Positions 47,914 to 56,512 of a stretch of DNA of 64,000 bases are shown here, one piece after another. Under the pieces are notes generated by a model. The model saw only the letters and a list, made by a program, of their open reading frames with translations. It was not told the DNA's origin and searched no databases. This DNA is from Actinomycetes bacterium. GTDB taxonomy: Bacteria; Actinomycetota; Thermoleophilia; RBG-16-64-13. Positions within the stretch are counted from its first letter, which is position 1. Each line of letters begins with the position of its first letter. The translations under genes and the position numbers were made by a program. Where the stretch lies: contig JAGXFV010000009.1 of NCBI GenBank assembly GCA_024637095.1, positions 7,549 through 71,548 on the forward strand. Direction: 5' to 3'.

Positions 47914-48328
47914 GCAGGTCATCCTCGGTCGGCTGGGTCATCTCCGCACCGTGGTGGAAGAACTGCGCCGGGTGCGTCCGCGGGACCTCGATGCGATGCT
48001 CCGTCCTGAGCAGACCGCAGCCCGCCGTGCGACAGAGCGTTGTCTCTATCTCGCGATCCAAGACGTCCTCGATATCGCAAATCACATAGTCTCCGCCGAG
48101 GGGTGGGGATATCCGGAAACCTATCGTGAAGCGGTGCAGGCCTTGGCGGAGCGTGGAGTCGTCCCGCCGGATTTCGGAACCACGCTGGTGGCGATGGCCG
48201 GGTTTCGCAACATCCTCGAGCACGAGTACGTCCGCTTGGACGCCGAGCGTCTGTTTGCTTACTCGCGCAGCGAGGCGGACTTCGAGCAGTTCGCTGGGTA
48301 CGTGCTCGCGTTCCTCGAGAGCGAGTAG
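47903..48328 (+). CDS. HEPN (DUF86/HepT-like) RNase toxin
   Basis: ER.LYLAIQ, MAGFRNILEHEY (RX4HXY); coupled to MNT. Confidence 0.88.
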   Translation: MVAEQVILGRLGHLRTVVEELRRVRPRDLDAMLRPEQTAARRATERCLYLAIQDVLDIANHIVSAEGWGYPETYREAVQALAERGVVPPDFGTTLVAMAGFRNILEHEYVRLDAERLFAYSRSEADFEQFAGYVLAFLESE

Positions 48329-48389
48329 GGCTCCGTCGACCCGGATCGAGCGTGTTTGCCGGCCGACGCGCTGGTAGACTCGATGCGTT

Positions 48390-48905
48390 ATGAAGCTGAG
48401 CAGCCTTGAAGTCATTCTCTCGGCACTTAATGAGGCAGGTGTTGAGTACCTCGTTGCGGGTGGAGTCGCCGTCAATGCCTATGGCTATCAGCGGCTGACC
48501 CAGGATCTCGATCTGGTGGTCGGTCTTGCCCAGGACAACACCCGGCGGGCCCTCGACGTTCTGTCGGCCCTCGGCTACCGACCGATGGTGCCGGTCGACA
48601 TTCACGACTTCGAGGACGCGGCCCATCGTCAACGGTGGATTACAGAGAGGAACATGGAGGTTTTCTCTCTGGCGAGCGACCGGTACCCCGAGACGGAAGT
48701 CGATCTGTTCGCATCCGAGCCCTTCGATTTCGCGGAGGAACTCAAAGCGGCGGAAGTCTACGAAATCGGCCGGGGCATTCGCCTGCCGCTCGTCCGGCTT
48801 ACCAGCCTCATTTCGATGAAGGAGCGAACCGGTCGTTCTTCAGATGCGGATGACGTGCGCCACCTGCGTTGGGTCCTCGAGGAACGCGGAGGTCCGGACC
48901 AATGA
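48390..48905 (+). CDS. nucleotidyltransferase-fold protein (AbiEii/DUF6036-like)
   Basis: YLVAGGVAVNAYGYQRLTQDLDL, LISMK...GR..D..D. Confidence 0.75.
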   Translation: MKLSSLEVILSALNEAGVEYLVAGGVAVNAYGYQRLTQDLDLVVGLAQDNTRRALDVLSALGYRPMVPVDIHDFEDAAHRQRWITERNMEVFSLASDRYPETEVDLFASEPFDFAEELKAAEVYEIGRGIRLPLVRLTSLISMKERTGRSSDADDVRHLRWVLEERGGPDQ

Positions 48906-49129
48906 AGCACGGTGAAGCCCGGGAAGGTTCCAGCTGGGAAGCCGCCACCTGGGAAGGGGCTCGACGGGCGCGGCTACGGCGGGCCCTTGAATTGACCGTT
49001 GGCGAGCGGTTGGAAAGCCTCGAGCATCTGGCGGAGGTCAGCAACGCGCTCTACGAGGCGGGTAAGAAACCCGTTGTCGAGCGTCGGTCGGAGGAGCCGC
49101 GAGAGGGGGATCGCAAGGCCGAGGAGTAA
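48902..49129 (+). CDS. small partner protein of nucleotidyltransferase
   Basis: ATGA overlap; W...TWEG.RR.RL....LT..ERL..LE. Confidence 0.55.
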   Translation: MKHGEAREGSSWEAATWEGARRARLRRALELTVGERLESLEHLAEVSNALYEAGKKPVVERRSEEPREGDRKAEE

Positions 49130-49279
49130 CCCGGGGGTTCTCGCTCGTCAGGAGATCACTCGGAGCGTAGCGAGATCTATATCTAGTGCCTTTCTCCAGA
49201 TTCCGACCCGGCCGGCCACCGGGAGCCGCCCCGGACAGCGCGTGGCCGTGTGGGCTTTGCTCAAAAAGAGGAGGTGCGC

Positions 49280-49867
49280 GTGATTCCTCTTTCAGTGACT
49301 CCGCTTAGAATCGTGGTCGCTCCCCGTTGGGGGGCAAGTTCCAGCGACGACTGGTATCCCTGGCTGCGGGCGGAACTCGCGGCCTCACAGAAGTTCGGCG
49401 AGGTATTGGTGGCGGACATGCCCGATCCGGACGAGCCCCGCATTGGTCCGTGGACCGAGCGCTTGGCCGAACTTACGGGGAGCGATCAGGACCAGCTGGA
49501 GGGCACGCTGCTCGTGGGGCATAGCGTAGGGTGCCGGGCGATCCTCAACTTCCTCGGCGAGCTACCCGCGGGCACGCAGGTTCTGGGCACGATCTGTGTG
49601 GCCGGATGGTGGACGGTAGACGAGCCCTGGGACAGCCTGCTGCCCTGGATTGAGCACCCGCTCGATCTCGACCGAGTGCGGAAGGCGGGAGGGGAGTTCG
49701 AGGTGTTGCTTTCGGACAACGACCCCTTCACTGCCGACGCTCAGGCAAATGCACGGCTATGGCGGAAGCGTCTCGGAGCCGAGGTTCGTATGGTGCCGGG
49801 GGCCGAGCACTTTAACCGCGCAAAGGAGCCGCAGGTGCTCGCGGCAATTCGGCGATGGCGGATATGA
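49280..49867 (+). CDS. RBBP9/YdeN-family serine hydrolase
   Basis: WYPWL, MPDPDEP, VGHSVGC, SDNDP, HF; RBS GAGGAGG. Confidence 0.87.
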   Translation: MIPLSVTPLRIVVAPRWGASSSDDWYPWLRAELAASQKFGEVLVADMPDPDEPRIGPWTERLAELTGSDQDQLEGTLLVGHSVGCRAILNFLGELPAGTQVLGTICVAGWWTVDEPWDSLLPWIEHPLDLDRVRKAGGEFEVLLSDNDPFTADAQANARLWRKRLGAEVRMVPGAEHFNRAKEPQVLAAIRRWRI

Positions 49868-49968
49868 CTCCGCTGCGCATGGCCTCGTTTCTTTCCCCGG
49901 AGCGCCGAGCCGACCTATCGTTAAATAGCAGGGCTCCCTCGAGGCCGCCCTCGGCCGGCTGGATGAGT
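49864..49968 (+). pseudogene. degraded 5' fragment paralogous to the downstream PhnD-like gene
   Basis: MTPLRMASFLSP resembles MRELRIANFLSP, then frameshifts/stop. Confidence 0.5.
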
Positions 49969-49971
49969 GGT

Positions 49972-50004
49972 CTCGCTCCTAACTCGCTCCTAACTCGCTC
50001 CTAA
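49972..50004. repeat. 11-bp tandem repeat x3
   Basis: (CTCGCTCCTAA)3. Confidence 0.95.
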
Positions 50005-50099
50005 CCGTCGTACTCGTCGCTCGGGCCGATTGGGCTTTGCCCCCCGGGCGGGGGCGTGAATGTTAGCTACCGCCTCTCTTTTTCGGGTAGAAGCCCCGT

Positions 50100-50900
50100 A
50101 TGCGTGAGTTGCGGATAGCCAACTTTCTTTCGCCGCTCCTGGAGCCGGTGTACCGACTCGTCGCCGAGGAAGTGGGCCGAGAGTTCGACGTGCCCGTGGA
50201 ATTCGTAAACGGCCGATCCTTTTCGCAGTTTGCTTCGGGCGAGGTCGACGCGGGCTTCATCTGAGGCCTGCCCTACGTGCTCCTGCGGCGGGAGGATCCT
50301 CCACCGGTGGAGCTGCTGGCCGCTCCCGTGTTGGAGGGCGAGCGCTATCAGAATCGTCCGATCTACTTCTCCGACGTAATCGTTCGCCGGGGTAGCGACA
50401 TGGTTGGGGGCTTCGAGGCGCTGCGCGGCCGTTCGTGGGCTTATAACGACCCGTTTTCCCACTCGGGTTACAACCTCACCCGTTACGAGTTGATCCGCCG
50501 CGGCGAGACCGGAGGCTTTTTTGGCAGGGTAGTCGAGGCCGGTTCCCACCTCAACGCTCTGGGCTTGGTGGCGGCGGGAACGGTAGATGCTGCCGCCATC
50601 GATTCGCAGATTCTCGCCGTCGTGTTTCGCGATTCGCCGGAACTGGCGGAATCGCTGCGAGTGATCGATGTATTCGGTCCCTCGACTATCCAACCGATGG
50701 TGGCGGCATCGCGGCTGCCGCAGGGTATCAAGGAGCGCCTGCGCGCGCTGCTGCTCGATTTGCCCGGGGGTGAACGCTCGCGCTCGGCGCTCGGCTACGG
50801 TTTCGTGCGCCGCTTCGCCCCGGTGACCGACGCGGATTACGACGATATCCGCGACATGCTCGGTGCGGCCGAGGATCTCGGGTTCATGTCCTTGCGCTGA
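50100..50900 (+). CDS. PhnD-like binding-fold protein, probable selenoprotein (TGA codon 55)
   Basis: ATG 50100 in frame with ORF 50277-50900; VDAGFI-TGA-GLPYV; Y.SDVIVR, AYNDPFSHSGY, GSH..AL..V..G.VDAAAIDS; hairpin 15 nt after TGA. Confidence 0.75.
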
Positions 50901-51092
50901 AGCCGGTTCATCCGTGGCGCTTTCCGACAACCTCACCCATCAAACGGGATCATGAATTTGATCGCCATCTAGAGACGTCTTCCTGCGTGAGCGGGATTTA
51001 TTGCCCTTCAGGCGGACTGAGCGCTACCCCACCCGGGGGGGCTGTAGTACAGTTCACCACTCGGGTACTTAATATGCAGGGGGATCGCACAG

Positions 51093-52394
51093 TTGTGCAA
51101 GATTTTGGTGGCCGGTGGCGGTTGGGCGGGAGTGGCTGCGGCCTACGCTGCCAGGCTCGCCGGCGCCGAAGTCCAACTGCTCGAGCGGACCGACATGCTG
51201 CTCGGAACCGGCCTCGTGGGCGGGATCCTACGTAACAACGGGCGCTTCACCGCCACCGAAGAGCACATCGCTCTGGGCATGGACGGGCTCTGGTCGGTGA
51301 TCGACGAGAATCTGCGCCACCGTGACGTGCGCTTTCCCGGCCATGAGCACGCCGATCTCTACGATGTCACTACCATCGAGCCGGCCGTGCGCCGTTTTCT
51401 CGAAGTGCAGGGAGTTGAGCTTCACATGCGCACTCGGGTGAGCCGGTCCGCGCACGACGGCGCCCGGCTCACGGCTGTGGCGGCCGCCGATGTGTGGTTC
51501 GAGGCGGACGCCTTCGTCGATGCCACCGGCTCCTTCGGGCCGCAGGGCAACTGCACCCGGCATGGAAACGGATGCGCGATGTGCATCCTTCGCTGCCCCA
51601 GTTTTGGCGGCCGGGTGAGCCTGGCGCAGGAGGCGGGCATCGCCGAATTGCGGGCAACGCGCATGGACGGCACTGTCGGGGTGATGAGTGGCTCCTGCAA
51701 GCTCCATTCCGACTCGGTCTCGCCGGAATTGCGGGCTCAGCTTGCCGATACCGGCGTCGCCGTGGTTCCGTTGCCGGCGGAACTGCGAGAGGGCAAGGAC
51801 GAGTTACTGGGGGCAAAAGCCTGCCAGCAGTATGCGCTACCCGAGTTCGCCGAGAATCTGGTGCTGCTCGACACCGGCCACGTCAAGCTGATGACTCCCT
51901 TCTTCCCTCTGGATCAGTTGCGGCGCGTACCCGGGTTGGAGAATGCCCGCTACGAAGACCCCTATGCCGGAGGGATCGGCAACTCCATCCGCTACCTCGC
52001 GATGACTCCTCATCGGGAGGATCTGCGCTGCGAGACCATCGACAATCTCTTCGTCGGCGGAGAGAAGACGGGGCCTTTTGTGGGGCACACGGAGGCGATG
52101 GTGAGCGGCTCGCTCGCCGGGCTGAACGCCGCACTCGGGGCGGATGGGCGTGAGCCCTTGATTCTGCCGCCGACTCTCGCGGTCGGCGATGCATTGGCCG
52201 CCGTGGGCGAGGTGATGCACGCGGGACTTCTCAGCCGCAAGCTCACCTTCTCCGGCTCCTGGTACTTCGAGCGAATGAAGGACAAGGGGCTCTACAGCAC
52301 CGATCGGGACGAGATCGGGCGGCGGGTGCAGGAGGCGAGGTTGACCGGAGTCTTCAAGAAGGCAGGAAGGGCCCAAGGCGCTTCCGTCGCCTAA
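51093..52394 (+). CDS. FAD-dependent oxidoreductase, GidA/MnmG-like short family
   Basis: VAGGGWAG, LLERTDMLLGTG, Cys motif GNCTRHGNGCAMCILRC, NLFVGGEK..FVGHTEA. Confidence 0.75.
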   Translation: MCKILVAGGGWAGVAAAYAARLAGAEVQLLERTDMLLGTGLVGGILRNNGRFTATEEHIALGMDGLWSVIDENLRHRDVRFPGHEHADLYDVTTIEPAVRRFLEVQGVELHMRTRVSRSAHDGARLTAVAAADVWFEADAFVDATGSFGPQGNCTRHGNGCAMCILRCPSFGGRVSLAQEAGIAELRATRMDGTVGVMSGSCKLHSDSVSPELRAQLADTGVAVVPLPAELREGKDELLGAKACQQYALPEFAENLVLLDTGHVKLMTPFFPLDQLRRVPGLENARYEDPYAGGIGNSIRYLAMTPHREDLRCETIDNLFVGGEKTGPFVGHTEAMVSGSLAGLNAALGADGREPLILPPTLAVGDALAAVGEVMHAGLLSRKLTFSGSWYFERMKDKGLYSTDRDEIGRRVQEARLTGVFKKAGRAQGASVA

Positions 52395-52433
52395 CCCTGG
52401 GAAAAACACGAGCTATCGGAGGACAGGACGAGG

Positions 52434-53576
52434 ATGAAGCGCATCGGGATTTTGGGCTGGGCGGCGCTGCTATTGCTGCTGGGGCTGGCGGTTATCGTCG
52501 GCTGCGGCGACGACGAACCGGCGGTCGACACCACTGAGGGCACGGAAGTCACCGAGGCGGGGGCCGGGGAGACCCAGGCCGGCGAAGGCACGGCCGATTT
52601 CCAGCCGCTTGATCCCCGGGTAGAGGTCAACGTGGCCTTTGACGATGCTCCCGGCACGGCCGGCATCATCCTGGCCGACAAGTTCGGCTTCTTCGACGAG
52701 GTCGGCATCGATATCAAATACACCAAATTCAATACCGGCGCCGACATGTATACGTCACTGGCCGCCGACCAGGTGGACGTGGGGCGCGGCATCATCACGG
52801 CCTCTCTCTTCAACGGGGCCGCTCGGGACATCGCCGTGCGCGTGGTCGCCGACAGTGGGACCAACGTGGAAGGCGCGGGCAATTACTTCGGCCTCGTGCT
52901 GCGCAAAGAGATCGCCGACGAGATTCAGGACTACAGCGATCTCGAGGGCCGCAAGATCCTGATCGTCTCCCGAGGGAGCATCAACGAACTCTTTCTTGAG
53001 CTTGCCTTGGCCAAGGGCGGCCTGACCATCGAGGACGTCGACGCGACGGTCATTGATTCCTTTTCCGACCTCAACATTGCTCTGGCCAACGGGGCCGCCG
53101 ATGCAGCGGTTCAGATCGAGCCCCTGATCACGCGCGGCGAACAGGAGGACATCCTGGTGGCCTTCGGGGACGCCTCGGAATACGCGCCCGACGAGCAGGT
53201 GGCCGCTCTCCTCTACGCACCATCCTTCGCCGAGAAGACCGATGTGGCCCAGGCTTTCATGATCGCCTATCTGAAAGGCGTACGCATGTACAACGACGCC
53301 ATCGTCATGGGCGACAAGGACCGGGAGGAGGTCGTCCGGGTGCTCAGCGAGAACACCTTCGTGGACGACCCTGAGCTCTGGACCATCATGCGTCCCACGG
53401 GACTCAACCCGGACGGCGAGGTCAACGCCGAAGCGGTTTCCCGCGATCAGCGCTTCTACGTGGAGAAGGGACTGGTCGAAGAACCGGCGCCGATCGAGGA
53501 AGTGGTCGACAACTCGTTCGCGGAGTTCGCTGTCGATTATCTGGGGCCGTACGAGCCGCCGGCCGAGGGGCAGTAA
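52434..53576 (+). CDS. NitT/TauT/SsuA-type ABC transporter substrate-binding lipoprotein
   Basis: Lipobox IVG-C, A..FGFF.E.G.D, DLEGRKI, DAAVQIEP. Confidence 0.85.
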   Translation: MKRIGILGWAALLLLLGLAVIVGCGDDEPAVDTTEGTEVTEAGAGETQAGEGTADFQPLDPRVEVNVAFDDAPGTAGIILADKFGFFDEVGIDIKYTKFNTGADMYTSLAADQVDVGRGIITASLFNGAARDIAVRVVADSGTNVEGAGNYFGLVLRKEIADEIQDYSDLEGRKILIVSRGSINELFLELALAKGGLTIEDVDATVIDSFSDLNIALANGAADAAVQIEPLITRGEQEDILVAFGDASEYAPDEQVAALLYAPSFAEKTDVAQAFMIAYLKGVRMYNDAIVMGDKDREEVVRVLSENTFVDDPELWTIMRPTGLNPDGEVNAEAVSRDQRFYVEKGLVEEPAPIEEVVDNSFAEFAVDYLGPYEPPAEGQ

Positions 53577-53582
53577 GAAGAA

Positions 53583-54449
53583 GTGGGCAGCACAACGGAG
53601 GACTACGGCGTGGTGGCGAATCAGAGTACAGCGGTTTCGGAAGAGACGGTTCCGCGGGAGCAGCCGGAGTGGCGCCGTCTGCGGCCTTCCTCGGACAGGC
53701 TGAGGAGCCTCCTCGGCCTGCTGTCGCCGTTGGCCCTCTTGCTGCTCTGGGAAGCGGGCGTGCATCTGGGATTCGTGGACTACCGCTTCTTCCCGGCGCC
53801 GACAAGCATCCTGATGGAGACCTGGGACATGCTGCTTTCGGGCGAATTGGTCAGGGACATGGGTTGGAGTCTGTCCCGGATCTTTGTCGGCTTCTTCGGA
53901 GGCGGTTTTCTCGGCCTGATCGTGGGCCTCTCCATGGGGTTGTTCAGACCGGTGCGTTTGTTGCTTCGGCCGATCGTGTCCGCCATCTATCCGATCCCCA
54001 AGCTGGCGCTCTATCCTCTGATCTTGCTGGTATTCGGCATCTCCGAGACGGCCATGTACTTCACCATCGGGCTCGGGACCTTCTTCATGGTGCTGATCAA
54101 CACCCAAGCGGGAGTGCTCAACCTGGACAAGATCTACCTGGATGTGGCCAAGAACTACGGTGCCAGTCGCAAGGATTACTACCTGAAGATCGCCTTGCCT
54201 GGAGCCCTACCCTTGATCTTCACCGGTATCGAACTGGGTATGGGCATGGCGCTCCTGCTGATCGTGGCCGCGGAAATGGTAGGCGCGGACGCCGGAATTG
54301 GCCAGAACATATGGACGGCCAGAGACACCTTCCAGATCGAGAAGATGTTCGTCTCGTTCTTTCTGATCGCCCTGCTGGGGTATCTGTTCGCCGAACTGCT
54401 CGCTGCGATTGAGCGCCGAATCGTCCCCTGGAAGCGCCAGGAGGGTTGA
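53583..54449 (+). CDS. NitT/TauT ABC transporter permease
   Basis: FFPAP, SLSRI, IPKLALYPL, LPGALP, AAEM. Confidence 0.9.
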   Translation: MGSTTEDYGVVANQSTAVSEETVPREQPEWRRLRPSSDRLRSLLGLLSPLALLLLWEAGVHLGFVDYRFFPAPTSILMETWDMLLSGELVRDMGWSLSRIFVGFFGGGFLGLIVGLSMGLFRPVRLLLRPIVSAIYPIPKLALYPLILLVFGISETAMYFTIGLGTFFMVLINTQAGVLNLDKIYLDVAKNYGASRKDYYLKIALPGALPLIFTGIELGMGMALLLIVAAEMVGADAGIGQNIWTARDTFQIEKMFVSFFLIALLGYLFAELLAAIERRIVPWKRQEG

Positions 54450-55291
54450 TGGCCGACAGCAAGATCGTCCTGCAGGAGCTGACCAAAGAGTTCAAGGTGA
54501 AGAACGGCGTGCTCACCGCCGTGGATCATGTGAACCTGCGCGTACGCGAGGGCGAGTTTCTGTGCATCGTGGGACCGAGCGGCTGCGGGAAGACCACGCT
54601 GCTGCGCATCCTGGCGGGTCTGGAGACCGCAACCTCCGGCCAAATGCGAATCGCCCAGCGCAATCCTGACAAGCCGCTGAACTCGATGGTGTTTCAGGAC
54701 CAGTCGATCTTTCCCTGGATGAGCGTGCGCAAGAACATTTCCTTCGGTCTCGAGTGCCGAGGCGTGGACCGCCGGACCACGCGTGCCGTCGCCGATCGCT
54801 ACATCGAGATGGTGGGCTTGACCAAGTTCGCCGACGCCTATCCCTTCCAGCTGTCGGGGGGCATGAAGCAGCGGGTGAGCGTGGCCCGCGCCTTCGCCAA
54901 CGACCCCGAGATCCTCCTGATGGACGAGCCCTTCGCCGCGCTCGACGAGCAAAACAAGTTGCTGCTCCAGGAAGAACTGTTGCGCATCTGGGAGGGCTCG
55001 AACAAGACGGTGGTCTTCATCACCCACTCGATCGACGAAGCCCTGGTGTTGGCCGACCGGGTCATCGTGATGACCGCTCACCCCGGCACCTTCAAGGAGG
55101 AGGTCGAGATCAACCTGCCCCGGCCTCGCCATATCGCCGAGTTGCGACAGGATCCCTACTTCAACGAGCTCTTTGCCCAGGTTTGGGAGATCCTCAAGGA
55201 CGAGGTCGCCAAGGCCAAGGAGCGAGAGGGCTACTCCTTCCACCGCCGGGAGCGCAGCGCACTCGACGACGAATCGCATATGGTGATGTAG
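54449..55291 (+). CDS. NitT/TauT ABC transporter ATP-binding protein
   Basis: GPSGCGKTT, LSGGMKQR, LLMDEPF, ITHSIDEA. Confidence 0.95.
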   Translation: MADSKIVLQELTKEFKVKNGVLTAVDHVNLRVREGEFLCIVGPSGCGKTTLLRILAGLETATSGQMRIAQRNPDKPLNSMVFQDQSIFPWMSVRKNISFGLECRGVDRRTTRAVADRYIEMVGLTKFADAYPFQLSGGMKQRVSVARAFANDPEILLMDEPFAALDEQNKLLLQEELLRIWEGSNKTVVFITHSIDEALVLADRVIVMTAHPGTFKEEVEINLPRPRHIAELRQDPYFNELFAQVWEILKDEVAKAKEREGYSFHRRERSALDDESHMVM

Positions 55292-55453
55292 ACCGCTTCG
55301 AACGAGGTCGATCATCCAGGTATGGAGCGCTTCGATCAGTTGATCGCCCAGGGAGCCCGGCGAATCGGGACCTCAAGGCGTTGCTCGACTCGGGTCTACC
55401 GATGATCGAGGCCCGGGGGCCAAAGGCGGTCTGATCGGGTAGAATCGCCGCTC

Positions 55454-56455
55454 ATGGCGGACAATGTCATTCTACTTCTGGTCAGTCTCGTGATTATACT
55501 TGCCGGCTGCGAGCTGTTTGTTAACGGCGTCGAGTGGTTCGGGCGGCATCTCGAACTCGGCGAAGGCGCGGTGGGCAGCGTGCTTGCGGCGGTCGGCACC
55601 GCGCTCCCCGAGACTCTCATCCCCATCATCGCGATATTCTTCGGGAGCGACGAGAGCGGTCACGAGATCGGTATCGGCGCCATATTGGGTGCGCCCTTCA
55701 TGCTCGTGACCCTGGCCATGTTCGTCAACGGCGTGGCCATCGTCATCTTCGCCGCGCGGGGGAGACGGACCCGGGAGGTCCGCATCAACCGCACGATCCT
55801 CTCCCGCGACCTGGCCTACTTCCTAGCCACCTACAGCCTCGCGGTCCTCGTCGGCATCGTCGACCCCGGCTCCACCATAAAGTTGCTGGTGGCGATCCTG
55901 CTGCTGGTCGGGTACGGGCTCTATGTCTACCGCACTATGCGCGCCGAAGGCGATCTGGAAGGTGAGACCCGCGCCCTTTACTTTCATTACACCACCGGGG
56001 CCCCGGACTTCCGGCGGATCTTGCTGCAATTACTGGTCGCCCTTAGCGCGATCGTCTTCGGAGCCGAGCTCTTCGTGGGCGAGCTCACCGTGCTGGCGGA
56101 AGGGCTGGGGGTCCCGGCTCTGGTGATCTCGTTGTTGCTGACGCCGGTTGCCACCGAACTGCCGGAGAAGTTCAACAGCGTCTTCTGGATGCGGGAGCGC
56201 AAGGATACCCTTGCCATGGGCAACATCACCGGGGCGATGGTGTTCCAGAGCGCCATCCCCGTGTCCGTGGGGCTGCTCTTCACCGATTGGAATCTGGAGA
56301 GCTCCGCCCTATTGGCGGCAGGGCTGGCGCTATTATCGGGTTCGCTTCTCTGGTTGCGAATTCGGGCGACCGGGACTCTTGGGGTGAACTCGCTCCTGTT
56401 TGGCGGGCTTCTGTACGGCGTCTTCCTGACGATCACTCTGGTCCGTGTCCTCTAA
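55454..56455 (+). CDS. sodium:calcium antiporter (YrbG/CaCA family)
   Basis: Two alpha repeats GTALPE and ATELPE, about 10 TMs; TAGAAT 8 nt before ATG. Confidence 0.85.
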   Translation: MADNVILLLVSLVIILAGCELFVNGVEWFGRHLELGEGAVGSVLAAVGTALPETLIPIIAIFFGSDESGHEIGIGAILGAPFMLVTLAMFVNGVAIVIFAARGRRTREVRINRTILSRDLAYFLATYSLAVLVGIVDPGSTIKLLVAILLLVGYGLYVYRTMRAEGDLEGETRALYFHYTTGAPDFRRILLQLLVALSAIVFGAELFVGELTVLAEGLGVPALVISLLLTPVATELPEKFNSVFWMRERKDTLAMGNITGAMVFQSAIPVSVGLLFTDWNLESSALLAAGLALLSGSLLWLRIRATGTLGVNSLLFGGLLYGVFLTITLVRVL

Positions 56456-56512
56456 CCGGCCCACCGCCCCGCCCGCCGGAGCCGGCCGTGGAGCGCCACG
56501 GGGCAGGCTCTG

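Noticed and set aside
44292-50068. Integron cassette array (AAC(3)-I plus short genes)
   Set aside because: No intI, mixed gene orientation, only one weak attC-like stem
50901-51092. Riboswitch (TPP/SAM) before the FAD/ABC operon; also ydaO before NlpC/P60 and yybP before the antiporter
   Set aside because: Conserved core motifs not recognisable by eye; an Rfam/Infernal scan would be needed
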